A stretch of 64,000 nt of DNA. Origin: Squalus acanthias. Taxonomy: Eukaryota. Made by a program: the position numbers and the translations under genes. This document shows, in pieces, positions 12,270-22,229 of this stretch. Location of the stretch: positions 434,001 through 498,000 of the forward strand of contig JASTWF010000338.1 of assembly GCA_030390025.1 (NCBI GenBank). The letters run 5' to 3'. Position 1 is the stretch's first letter, and each line of letters begins with the position of its first letter. The notes under the pieces are model-generated. The model was not told where the DNA came from, did not search any database, and was given only the letters and a program-made list of their open reading frames with translations.

Positions 12270-12730
12270 AGAGCGCCCTCTGCTGCATTCCCCCTGTCTC
12301 CGCAGCGAGGGGAGCAGGCGGCGGAAGTCCCGCCCCTCGGACTCCCTGATTGGTTGGCGGACCCGCCGCCTCTTCAGCCCTCCAGGCTCCACCCACCCTT
12401 TCGCTATTGGTCGGAGTGGACGTCAGTCACGCCGGCAGGATTGGTCACGTGCCCCAGTCGGGCTGCGGTCTCTCGATCCGCCCGCTCGGTGCCCGGGGGA
12501 GGGAGGAGGCGCTCGGACGCTCCGGGTTGGATTTTGTTTTGATTTATCTCCTCGCGCGCGCTTCTCTCCGCGGTAAATTTTTAAAAAACTCCTAAAACTC
12601 ACTTTCCGCCGGTGATCCGGGCTCTCAGGCGGCGGGCTCCCGAGCGGGTGTACTGAGCATGCGCGGGGCCGGGAGTGGGCGGGGCCATGGTGCGCATGCG
12701 CAGTGTCAGCGGCGGCCGGAGCGCGAGGGC
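12270..12730. promoter_or_regulatory. CpG-island promoter, possibly bidirectional
   Basis: CpG-dense; CGGAAGT (ETS), GC boxes, three ATTGG, GACGTCA, CACGTG, perfect NRF1 palindrome TGCGCATGCGCA at 12691-12702; donor CG|GTAAAT at ~12573. Confidence 0.75.
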
Positions 12731-12856
12731 TTGTGGGTATTTCAGCCAACCTGGGCAGCAGCTGGGCCTGAAAATCAGCTTCACTGCCCCTGGGCTGGGA
12801 AAGGGGGACATGAGACAGCTTTCTCCCTCTTACCCCTTTCTACACTCCGTTTACAG

Positions 12857-13949
12857 GGTGTTAGTCCTGGAGCGTTTACAGACAGGAAGCTCAAACCAAA
12901 CATCAGGTCAGGATCTGACAGTCGCTCCATTCCTCAGGACCTGAATATCATCGGCCTTTGCCCATGGAAGGAGAGAGCAGCGATCGCAGCGCGGACAGAC
13001 CGCACACGTGTTCCGTGTGTGGACGCGGATTCTGCCGATCACCTGTCCTGGTGAGACACGTGTACCGTCAAACCGAGGGGAAACCGGGTAAAGGTGGGGA
13101 CGGCGGGCAGGGATTCACTTCCCCGTCTAGGTGGGATGTTCATCGGCGCAGATAAACAGCAGACAGTCCGTTCACCTGCTCTGTGTGGTGGATTCAGTCA
13201 GACATCCAACCTGCTGACACACCCGCTTGTTCACATTGATGAGAGACCGTTTAAATGTTCTGATTGTGGGAAAAGCTTTAAAATCTCTGGGAATCTGATG
13301 AATCAGCAGCCTGCTCACACTGGAGAGAGGCCATTTCCCTGCTCCTATTTTGGGAAGTGTTTCACTCGGTCCAGCAAGTTCACACCGGGGAGAGGCCGTT
13401 GACCTTCTCCGTCTGTGGGAAGGGATTCACTCACCCATTCCACCAGCGAATTCACACTGGAGAGAGACCGTTTAAATGTTCTGACTGTGAGAAGAGCTCC
13501 AAAAGCTCCTGGGAGCTGAAGGCACACCAGCGAGTTCACATCGTGAGTGGCCATTCACCTGTTGAATGTGGAAGGCGATTCACTCGCTCATCTAACTTAC
13601 TGACACACCAACAAGTTCGTAATGGGGAGAATCCATTCCATACTCTGTATGTGGAAAGGGATTCAATCGATCATCCCATTTACTGACACACCAGCAGTTA
13701 CACCGGAGAGAGACCGTTTAGATACTTCACGTGTGGGAAGGGATTCACTCCGTTGTCCCAACTGTTGACACTCCAGAGTGTCCACATTGAGAACTGTTGC
13801 TTTAAATACTCTGACTGTGAGAGAAGCTTTCAAAGTTCAAAACAGCTGATGCACGATCAGTGCATTGATATTGGAGACAGACTGTTTCAATATCCTGTGT
13901 GGGAAGAAATTCACCCCACCTGCTGAGACTCCAGTGAGTTCACATGTGA
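12857..13949 (+). pseudogene. decayed C2H2 zinc-finger exon
   Basis: Acceptor TTTACAG| at 12856; finger remnants ([22 protein letters not shown]) spread over several frames with stops. Confidence 0.85.
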
Positions 13950-14094
13950 CTGTAGGGGTTTGGATTCTGTTATTAATCACATCCAGGACTGAACCATGGC
14001 AGAGTGCCCGTGCACTTGGGTTTCTGTGTGAATTATTGATGAATTTTCTCTCAATGGGATCACAGAAACTCATTCTCCATTTACGATTGGGGGC

Positions 14095-14530
14095 TTTCAA
14101 TGTTCCCCAGCATGCCCCGCGGGGGAGAATGTGCCCGAGTCACACTGGAGGAGCCCAGTGCGCATGCGCAGGTCGCGCCTGTATTTGGAGCATGCGCAGT
14201 GTCACTGTGATCAGAGCCAGGCGAGTGCAGGGAGCGGCCATCAGCGGCAGTCGCGGTTTTTGCGCCGATTACGATTCAGCGGGGCGCAGGGAGGTAACGT
14301 ATTCGGCGGGTGAGCTTCATAAGCAGCTGGTATAGGCCGCAAACCTCGAATGAGAAGGTACAGGTTCCGCGATTGCAGCTCGGAGGCTTTTTTCCTGAAA
14401 CAGGCCCATCTTTGTAAAGGAAAGCTCAGAGTTTGTGGAATGCCATCTTGCTTCATCAGGCACTGGGGCACGTGCGCGGCCATATTTCTAAAGGAACCAT
14501 TAGTGGGCGAGGCTTCAGGGTATCGGTGAG
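14095..14530 (+). promoter_or_regulatory. ZNF promoter/first-exon cassette
   Basis: TTCCCCAGCATGCCCCGCG (ZNF143/Staf-like), TGCGCATGCGCA at 14159-14170, GCCATCTT/GCCATATT (YY1-like), donors GAG|GTAACG, CGG|GTGAGC and TCG|GTGAGT. Confidence 0.7.
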
Positions 14531-15415
14531 TGGAACTGAACCCAGCCAGAGTTAGCACCTTCAGGGGAGGAGAGGGAGGGGAACCAGTGAGTGTAGAACT
14601 GAACCCAGCCAGAGTCAGCACCTTCAGGGGAGGAGAGGGAGGGGAACCAGTGAGTGCAGAACTGAACCCAGCCAGAGTCAGCACCTTCAGGGGAGGAGAC
14701 CCAGTGAGTGTAGAACTGAACCCAGCCAGAGTCAGCACCTTCAGGGGAGGAGAGGGAGGGGAACCAGTGAGTGAGGAACTGAACCCAGCCAGAGTCAGCA
14801 CCTTCAGGGGAGGAGAGGGAGGGGAACCAGTGAGTGTAGAACTGAACCCAGCCAGTGTCAGTACCTTCAGGGGAGGAGAGGGAGGGGAACCAGTGAGTGT
14901 AGAACTGAACCCAGCCAGAGTCAGCACCTTCAGGGGAGGAGAGGGAGGGGAACCAGTGAGTGCAGAACTGAACCCAGCCAGAGTCAGCACCTTCAGGGGA
15001 GGAGACCCAGTGAGTGTAGAACTGAACCCAGCCAGAGTCAGCACCTTCAGGGGAGGAGAGGGAGGGGAACCAGTGAGTGAGGAACTGAACCCAGCCAGAG
15101 TCAGCACCTTCAGGGGAGGAGAGGGAGGGGAACCAGTGAGTGTAGAACTGAACCCAGCCAGTGTCAGCACCTTCAGGGGAGGAGAGGGAGGGGAACCAGT
15201 GAGTGTAGAACTGAACCCAGCCAGAGTCAGCACCTTCAGGGGAGGAGAGGGAGGGGAACCAGTGAGTGTAGAACTGAACCCAGCCAGAATCAGCACCTTC
15301 AGGGGAGGAGAGGGAGGGGAACCAGTGAGTGTAGAACTGAGCCCAGCCAGAGTCAGCACCTTCAGGGGAGGAGAGGGAGGGGAACCAGTGAGTGTCGAAC
15401 TGAACCCAGTCAGAG
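14526..15415 (+). repeat. 63-bp intronic minisatellite, ~14 copies
   Basis: Unit GAACTGAACCCAGCCAGAGTCAGCACCTTCAGGGGAGGAGAGGGAGGGGAACCAGTGAGTGTA. Confidence 0.97.
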
Positions 15416-15989
15416 TTGGTGGAGAAAACTGGAAGTGGAGAAAAAACTGTCTTGAGACGTGCGATGTGTTTGGATTTTAACACAGGGAGGAGGGACAATG
15501 TGTAGGACGGGGATTTACAGCTTTGGAGGAACAAGAGAGGAAAGAATGTTCTTTAGAAACTGAATTGTCTGTTCTGAATTTCTGTCCTGTACTTAGAGTG
15601 ACGAGTTTTGTAAACTTCTTTTACAGGGTATTGGAAGGGGAGGATTTGCAGACAGGAAATTCAAACGAAACATCAGGTCAAGATCTGACAGAGTCGCTCA
15701 ATTCATCAGGACCTGAATAGCATCGGCCTTTGAATGTGGAAGGAGAAATGTTTGTCTGTTCTGTCTGTGGGAAAAGATTTCAAACATCAGTGTGACTGGA
15801 AAAGCACCGAGACACACACACCCGAGTGAGAGTGTTCCAGTGTACTGACTGTGGAAAGAGCTTTAACCAGTTACACAGCCTGAAAAAACATCGCACCATT
15901 CACAGCGGGGAGAAACCGTACACATGTTCTGTGTGTGGCGAGGCTTCAACTGATCATCCAACCTGGAGAGACACAAGGACACCCGCACC

Positions 15990-16871
15990 ACGGAGAAACC
16001 GGGGAAATGTGGGGACTGTGGGAAGGGATTCAATTACCCGTCCCAGCTGGAAATTCATCGGCGCAGTCACACTGGGGAGAGGCCATTCACATCCTCCGTC
16101 TGTGGGAAGGGATTCACTCAGTCATCCAGCCCGCTGACACACCAGCGAGTTCACACTGATAAGAGACTGTACAAATGTTCTGACTGTGAGAAGAGCTTTA
16201 AAAGCAAACAGCACCTGCTGAGACACCAACGCACTCACACTGGGGAGAGTTCGTTCACCTGCTCTGTGTGTGGGAAGAGATTCTCTGATTCATCCAGTCT
16301 ACTGAGACACCAACGCACTCACACTGGAGAGAGGCCGTTCACCTGCTCCCTGTGTGGGAAGGGATTCGCCAAGTCATCCAACCTGCTGATACACCAGCGA
16401 GTTCACACTGGAGAGAGACCGTTCACCTGCTCCGAGTGTGGTAAGGAATTTGCTCGGTCAAATCGCCTTACACAACGCCAGCTTGTTCACACTGATAAGA
16501 GACCATTTAAATGTTCTGACTGTGAAAAGAGCTTTAAAAGCACAAGGGATCTGCTGACACACCAGCGAGTTCACACAGGGGAGAGGCCATTCACCTGCTC
16601 CGTGTGTGGGAAGGGATTTACTCAGTCATCCAGCCTGCTGAAACATCAGCGAGTTCACACTGGGGAGAGACGGTTCACCTGCTCTCAATGTGGGAAGGGA
16701 TTCACTGCGTTATCCAAGCTGCTGACACACCAGCGAATTCACACTGGAGCGAGGCCATTCACCTGCTCTGAGTGTGCGAAGGGATTCACTCGATCATCCC
16801 ATCTGCTGAGACACCAGCGAGTTCACAAGTGTTTACACATGGTTGGATTCTGCTGTTATTGCTGCTGTTAA
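15990..16871 (+). CDS. tandem C2H2 zinc-finger ORF, B-type copy 1 (10 fingers, 2 degenerate; no ATG start)
   Basis: Open frame from ACG ([15 protein letters not shown]) to [19 protein letters not shown]; exon acceptor at 15626; 15627-15989 is decayed finger sequence with stops and a frameshift. Confidence 0.6.
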   Translation, partial: TEKPGKCGDCGKGFNYPSQLEIHRRSHTGERPFTSSVCGKGFTQSSSPLTHQRVHTDKRLYKCSDCEKSFKSKQHLLRHQRTHTGESSFTCSVCGKRFSDSSSLLRHQRTHTGERPFTCSLCGKGFAKSSNLLIHQRVHTGERPFTCSECGKEFARSNRLTQRQLVHTDKRPFKCSDCEKSFKSTRDLLTHQRVHTGERPFTCSVCGKGFTQSSSLLKHQRVHTGERRFTCSQCGKGFTALSKLLTHQRIHTGARPFTCSECAKGFTRSSHLLRHQRVHKCLHMVGFCCYCCC

Positions 16872-18114
16872 TTACATCCCGGACTGAACCATGTTCATTC
16901 TGACAGTTGAAGTTTGTTTCTGCTGATGTTAACCCCTGTAACTGGGCTGGAGTTTAATATTTTGATGTTTCAAATAATGCAGTGTGTCAATATTTGATGT
17001 CTCCAAGATAATTGATGTTGTGTTACCAACTGCTCCATTTTTGGGCCTTTTCTCCTTTCTAACTCGAGATTATTTCAGTTCTCGTACCTTCGGTTACTCT
17101 CATGGACAAGTCCCAGCTCCCCATACCTTCGAGTGTCTCTCCTAGCCTTGGTATCCAGGGAAGGTCTCGGTAACACGCCCGGGATCACTAAACACAAAAC
17201 CCAGTCTGTTAATCACTTTCAGCTACTGGACTTAGCGTGTGTCCCACAGCATCTCTCTCACCTTCGATGTGCGAATAGAGCATCACGCCTGCAAACCTGC
17301 TTTCAATTTCAATTTGAATCCACTCAGCAAGTGTATTTAAAAAAAAATAAGTACAAGTAAACAGATCACATCAAATAATTGGCATAGGTTTAGAGTCAAC
17401 AAGATGAACACATCACGGCCCCAATACCCCAGCTCTATATTCTCAGGAGAAAGTCTGTTATCTAACTCCTCGAGTGGACAGAATAGAGAAAGATCCCAAC
17501 TCTAAGAACATCTAGAATCTGTTGTAAATATCTTTCAAATCCTGACTGGTCCAATCTGTCGGTTTCCTTTCAATTGAAGTGAATGGAAGATGAGAGGGGT
17601 GTTGGCATATGGACCTCGGTTAATTCAGCTTCTGAAAGGTGTTCATGTTTAGTTCATTCGATATCGGGGAAAATGTGGTCGGTATCATTAAAGAGAGAGA
17701 TTTCACTGAGCAACAGCTGGTGTTTGCAACCAACTGGCCTTGGATATTTTCATCATAGAATGTTTCGATCAGAATTATGATGTTGGGATAAGAAAAGTCT
17801 GGAGACTTGTGGTTTGTGCTGCCCCAGGAAGGCCACAGGGTTTTTACCTGCTTCTACCGTTGTTGATGTGTGTTGAAGAAAATGCAGACTTGTGTCTCTG
17901 GACTGTGCAGTATCCAGAGATGACCATATTAGGCAATGCCTGCTCCAGTTTGATAAGAGGTTGATGGCAGAGCAAGAGATCCAGCAGTTTTAAGAATTTA
18001 TCTCCCGTTATCTGCAGACATCGAATGTCGCAGCGTGCTGACAAAATTGGACTTAAGACTTTAACTTATTGGGTTAAATTAGTGGGATCGATTGTTATAG
18101 AATTGAATTGTTAT

Positions 18115-18732
18115 AGAATGGAAAAGTAGTGAAGTTATGCTAAACTTGTATCGAACCTTGGTTAGACCACACTTGGAGCACTGCATACAATTCTGGTCGC
18201 CATATTATAAAAAGGATATAGAGGCACTGGAGAGGGTGCAGAGAAGATTTACAAGGATGATACCAGAAATGAGAGGGTATACATATCAGGAAAGGATGAA
18301 CAGGCTGGGTCTCTTTTTTTCTCTTGAAAAATGAAGGCTGAGGGGTGACCTAATAGAGGTCTTTAAAATTATGAACGGTTTTGACAGAGTGGATACAGAG
18401 AGAATGTTTCCACTTGTGGGGAAGAGCATAACTAGAGGCCATCAATATAAGATAGTCACCAAGAAATCAAATAGGGAATTCAGGAGAAACTTCTTTACCC
18501 AGAGAGTGGGGAGAATGTGGAACTCGCTACCACAGGGAGTGGTTGAAGCGAATAGTATAGATGCATTTAAGGGGAGGCTAGACAAGCTTATGAGGGAGAA
18601 GGGAATAGAGGGTAATGCTGATAGAGTTAGATGGGGAAAGACGGGAGGAGGCTCGAGTGGAGCATAAACGCCGGCATGGACTGGTTGGGCCGAATGGTGT
18701 GTTTCTGTGCCGTATATCCTGTGTAATCCTAT
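18115..18732 (+). mobile_element. CR1 3' fragment
   Basis: LYRTLVRPHLEHCIQFWSP..RNFFTQRVGRMWNSLP; tail ATCCTGTGTAATCCT; paralog at 59925-60540. Confidence 0.9.
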
Positions 18733-18914
18733 TTTCCAAGACACATTGCTCGAAGGGGAGGATAAATGACTCGCATCCAAACGCAATTGTTACTTTTGTC
18801 TTCTTTGTAAAATCACAAAGTCTGGGCATAATTTGTTTGTGAAATTAAAATTGATTATATAGACTCGAAGTAATTGAATCAGGAAATGTATTTTATAATG
18901 ATGTGCGTTTTGAA

Positions 18915-19803
18915 ATTGTACTTGGAACGTCTCCTCATTAAAGATCACCCATTGTTCCGTTACAGTTTGTCCTGTCAGTCTTTGGTTCCATTTGACCCTG
19001 GCTAGATCCTTTCGCATCCCATTGAAGTTAGCCCCAATCCAGTTTAGAAGTTCCACTCTAGGTTGTTCCTTGCTCCTCTCCATTGCTAATCTAAATCTTA
19101 TGATACGATGATCACTCGTACCCAAGTGTTCTCCCACAGACACTCGGTCGACCTGGCCCACCTCATTCCCCAGCACCAGACCCAGCAATGCCTCCTTCCT
19201 AGTTGGGCCAAGAACATACTGGTCAAGGAAATTCTCCTGAACACATTTCAGAAATTCCTCCCCTTCCTTTCTCTCTACCCCAGCATTATCCCAATCGATA
19301 TTTGGGTAATTAAAGTCGGGCAACATCACCACTCTATAGCTCTTGCATATCTCTGCAATTTCACTGTAGATTTGCTCCTCTACCTCCCTCTCACTATTTG
19401 GAGGCCTATAGAATACCCCCAATAGCGTGATCATACCCTTTTTGCTCCTCAACTCCAACCAAATGGATTCTGTCCTTGTCCCCTCAAGAACATCCTCCCT
19501 TTCCAACACTACAATGTCTTCCTTAATCAGCACTGCCACCCCACCTTCCTTTTTTCCTTCCCTATGTTTTCTGAACACCTTGTACCCTTGAATATTTAGT
19601 GCCCAGTCCTCACCATTTTTAAGCCACGTTTCCGTTATTGCCACAACATCATATTGCCACATGGCTAATTGTGCTTGTAGCTCACCAACCTTATTCACCA
19701 CACTTTGTGCGTTTACGTACATGCATTCCAAACCCATTTTTGAATTTTTCGTAGTCTTTCTTAGTCTGCTCCTATCTAATATGGTACTACTTCCGCCTCT
19801 GGT
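18915..19803 (-). mobile_element. CR1 endonuclease fragment
   Basis: MGLECMYVNAQSVVNKVGEL..ITETWL..YRPP..DFNYPNIDW..SDHRII. Confidence 0.9.
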
Positions 19804-20774
19804 ACACAGAGTGTGTTTTTGCTGATCTTAATAACCCCTATACCTGGGCTGGAGATTAATATTCTGTATAAATATTGAATAAAGCAGCTTTGTTTCAAAC
19901 ACAGTGTATTGAATATTTGATTTCTCCATGATCAGAGGAGACTGATTGATATTCTGTTACCGACTGTTCCATTTTTGGGCTTTTCTTACTCTTGATTATA
20001 TCATTTCTCACTGAGTTCACCTTCTACCACATCGAACCCCAAGCTGGTTCCGTTTGACTACATGGCTTGTGGGTGTCATAGACTGAACTACAGTGTCTCA
20101 CTTTATACTCATCTGAAGTTCCTTTCAACCAACCCTTGAAAGAACTCTTTTGCTTCAGGTTTGAGAGCAGTTATTGTGTACATGGTTTAACACTTCTTGG
20201 ATCCGGTTACTCCAACTCCTCCACAGGTACTGCATGTGACAGCCTTTGGAATGTTCTGATCTTTGTCATTGTCTTTGCTGATTGTGATGGTGCCGTTGAT
20301 TTAATCTCCTGGAACTAACACACCGTGCACTATTTCCTGCATCGAGATCATTGTTTCAAATACTGAGCTTGAGCACAGAGCTTGGAGACAGAGCCGGGAG
20401 ATTCGCAAACGCAGCGATTCACAGGCAGAGTGGGCGCAGGAATTGGTGGAGAGGAAGAAGGCGGTGGAGACGTCTGAGTGAAAAGGAGGAGTGGAGCCAC
20501 AGAACCCAAGTTAATAGGCACGAGAGCGGAGCTGTGGGACAGCGAGAGGAGCGGCCGCAGATAAAGACGGGCCCAAGAGCCCGGAGGGAGCGCCAGTGTC
20601 AGGGAGCGAGGTAAGTGACCTCAGCACAAGGGAAGGAGCAGATTGGGGAGGGATTGTTTTTAAGTCTCGAGTTTATTTCTCTCAGTTACTTAAAAGAAAA
20701 GTTGGTTAATAGTCGAATAACTAGAGGCACAGCAGGGCAACTGGGTCCAGTGGATGCACATCCTGTGCCTTTCC

Positions 20775-21320
20775 ACCATCTACAAGTCACAAGTAAGGAA
20801 TGTGATGGAATACTCTCCACTTGCCTGGATGAGTGCAGCTCCAACAACACTCAAGAAGCTCGACAGCATCCAGGACAAAGCAGTCCGCTTGATTGGCACC
20901 CCGTCCACCACGTTAAACACTCACTCCCTCCACCACCGGCGTACTGTGGCTGCAGTGTTTACCATCTACAAGATGCACTGCAGCAACTCGCCAAGGCTTC
21001 TTCAGCAGCACCTCCCAAACCCGCGACCTCTTCCACCTAGAAGGACGAGGGCAGCAGGCGCATGGGAACACCACCACCTCCAAGTTCCCCTCCAAGTCAC
21101 ACACCATCCTGACTTAGAAGGATATCGCCGATCCTTCATCGTCGCTGGGTCAAATACCTGGAACTCCCTCCCTAACAGCACTGTGGGAGTACCTTCACCA
21201 CACGGACTGCAGCGGTTCAAGAAGGCGGCTCACCACCACCTTCTCAAGGGCAACTCGGGATGGGCAATAAATGCTGGCCTTGCCAGCGACACCCACATCC
21301 CATGAACGAATAAAAGAAAA
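20775..21320 (+). mobile_element. 3' fragment of a Crack/Zenon-like LINE inserted in CR1 ORF1
   Basis: TIYKSQVRNVMEYSPLAW..LDSIQDKAVRLI..WNSLP..LQRFKKAAHHHL*, ending AATAAAAGAAAA. Confidence 0.8.
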
Positions 21321-22229
21321 TTGTGGGAACTCCAGGACGCTTCCCGTGTCCTGGACAACCACGTGTGCAGGAGGTGTGGTCAGCTGGAGGAGCTCGAGCT
21401 CCGGGTTTCGGAGCTTGAGCAGCAGCTGGCGTCACTACGGTGCATCCGCGAGGCTGAGAGCTCCGTGGACAGCACGTTTCAGGAGGTGGTCACCCCGCAG
21501 CTAATGAGTGCGCAGGCAGAGAGGGAATGGGTGACTGCCAGACAGAAGAGGAGGACCAGGCAGGTAGTGCAGGAGTCCCCGGAGTGCATCTCGCTCTCCA
21601 ACCAGTATTCTGTGCTGAGTACTGGTGAGGGTGATGGTTCCTCTGGAGAGTACAGCCAGAGCCAAGTCCAGGGCACCACGGGTGGCTCAGCTGCACAGGG
21701 GTGGAGGAGGAAGACAGGGAAAGCAATAGTGGGAGGGGATTCAATAGTTAGGGGAGCAGACAGGCGTTTCTGCAGCTGCAGACCTGACTCCAGGATGGTA
21801 TGTTGCCTCCCTGGTGCCAGGGTTAAGGATGTCACTGAGCGGCTGCAGGACACTCTGAGGGGGGAGTGTGAACAGCCAGAGGTCGTTGTCCATATCGGTC
21901 CCAACAATGTAGGTAGAAAGAGGGATGAGGTCCTGCAGACAGATTTTAGGGAGCTGGGAAAGAGATTAAAAAGCAGGACCTCAAAGGTAGTAATCTCTGG
22001 ATTACTCCCGGTGCCACGCGCGAGTGAGTCTAGAAATAGGAGGATAGAGAAGATGAATGTGTGGCTGGAGAGATGGTGCAGGAGGGAGGGCTTCAGATTC
22101 CTGGGGAATTGGGGCCGGTTCTGGGTGAGGTGGGACCTGTACAGGGCGGAGGGGTTGCACCTCAACAGGACCGGGACCAATATCCTCACGGGGAGGTTTG
22201 CTCGTGCTGTTGGGGAGGGTTTAAACTAA
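21321..22229 (+). CDS. CR1 ORF1 remainder (CxxC, coiled coil, SGNH esterase domain)
   Basis: CRRCGQLEELELRVSELEQQL; GGDSIVRG, CLPGARV, VHIGPNN and GLHLNRTG match SGNH blocks. Confidence 0.85.
   Translation: MWELQDASRVLDNHVCRRCGQLEELELRVSELEQQLASLRCIREAESSVDSTFQEVVTPQLMSAQAEREWVTARQKRRTRQVVQESPECISLSNQYSVLSTGEGDGSSGEYSQSQVQGTTGGSAAQGWRRKTGKAIVGGDSIVRGADRRFCSCRPDSRMVCCLPGARVKDVTERLQDTLRGECEQPEVVVHIGPNNVGRKRDEVLQTDFRELGKRLKSRTSKVVISGLLPVPRASESRNRRIEKMNVWLERWCRREGFRFLGNWGRFWVRWDLYRAEGLHLNRTGTNILTGRFARAVGEGLN

Noticed and set aside
9994..12392. Long ORFs of 476-769 aa on the minus strand
   Set aside because: They are translations of a stop-free 49-bp minisatellite, open in several frames, with frames switching with unit length
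14241..15534. ORFs of 316-372 aa
   Set aside because: 63-bp minisatellite translations
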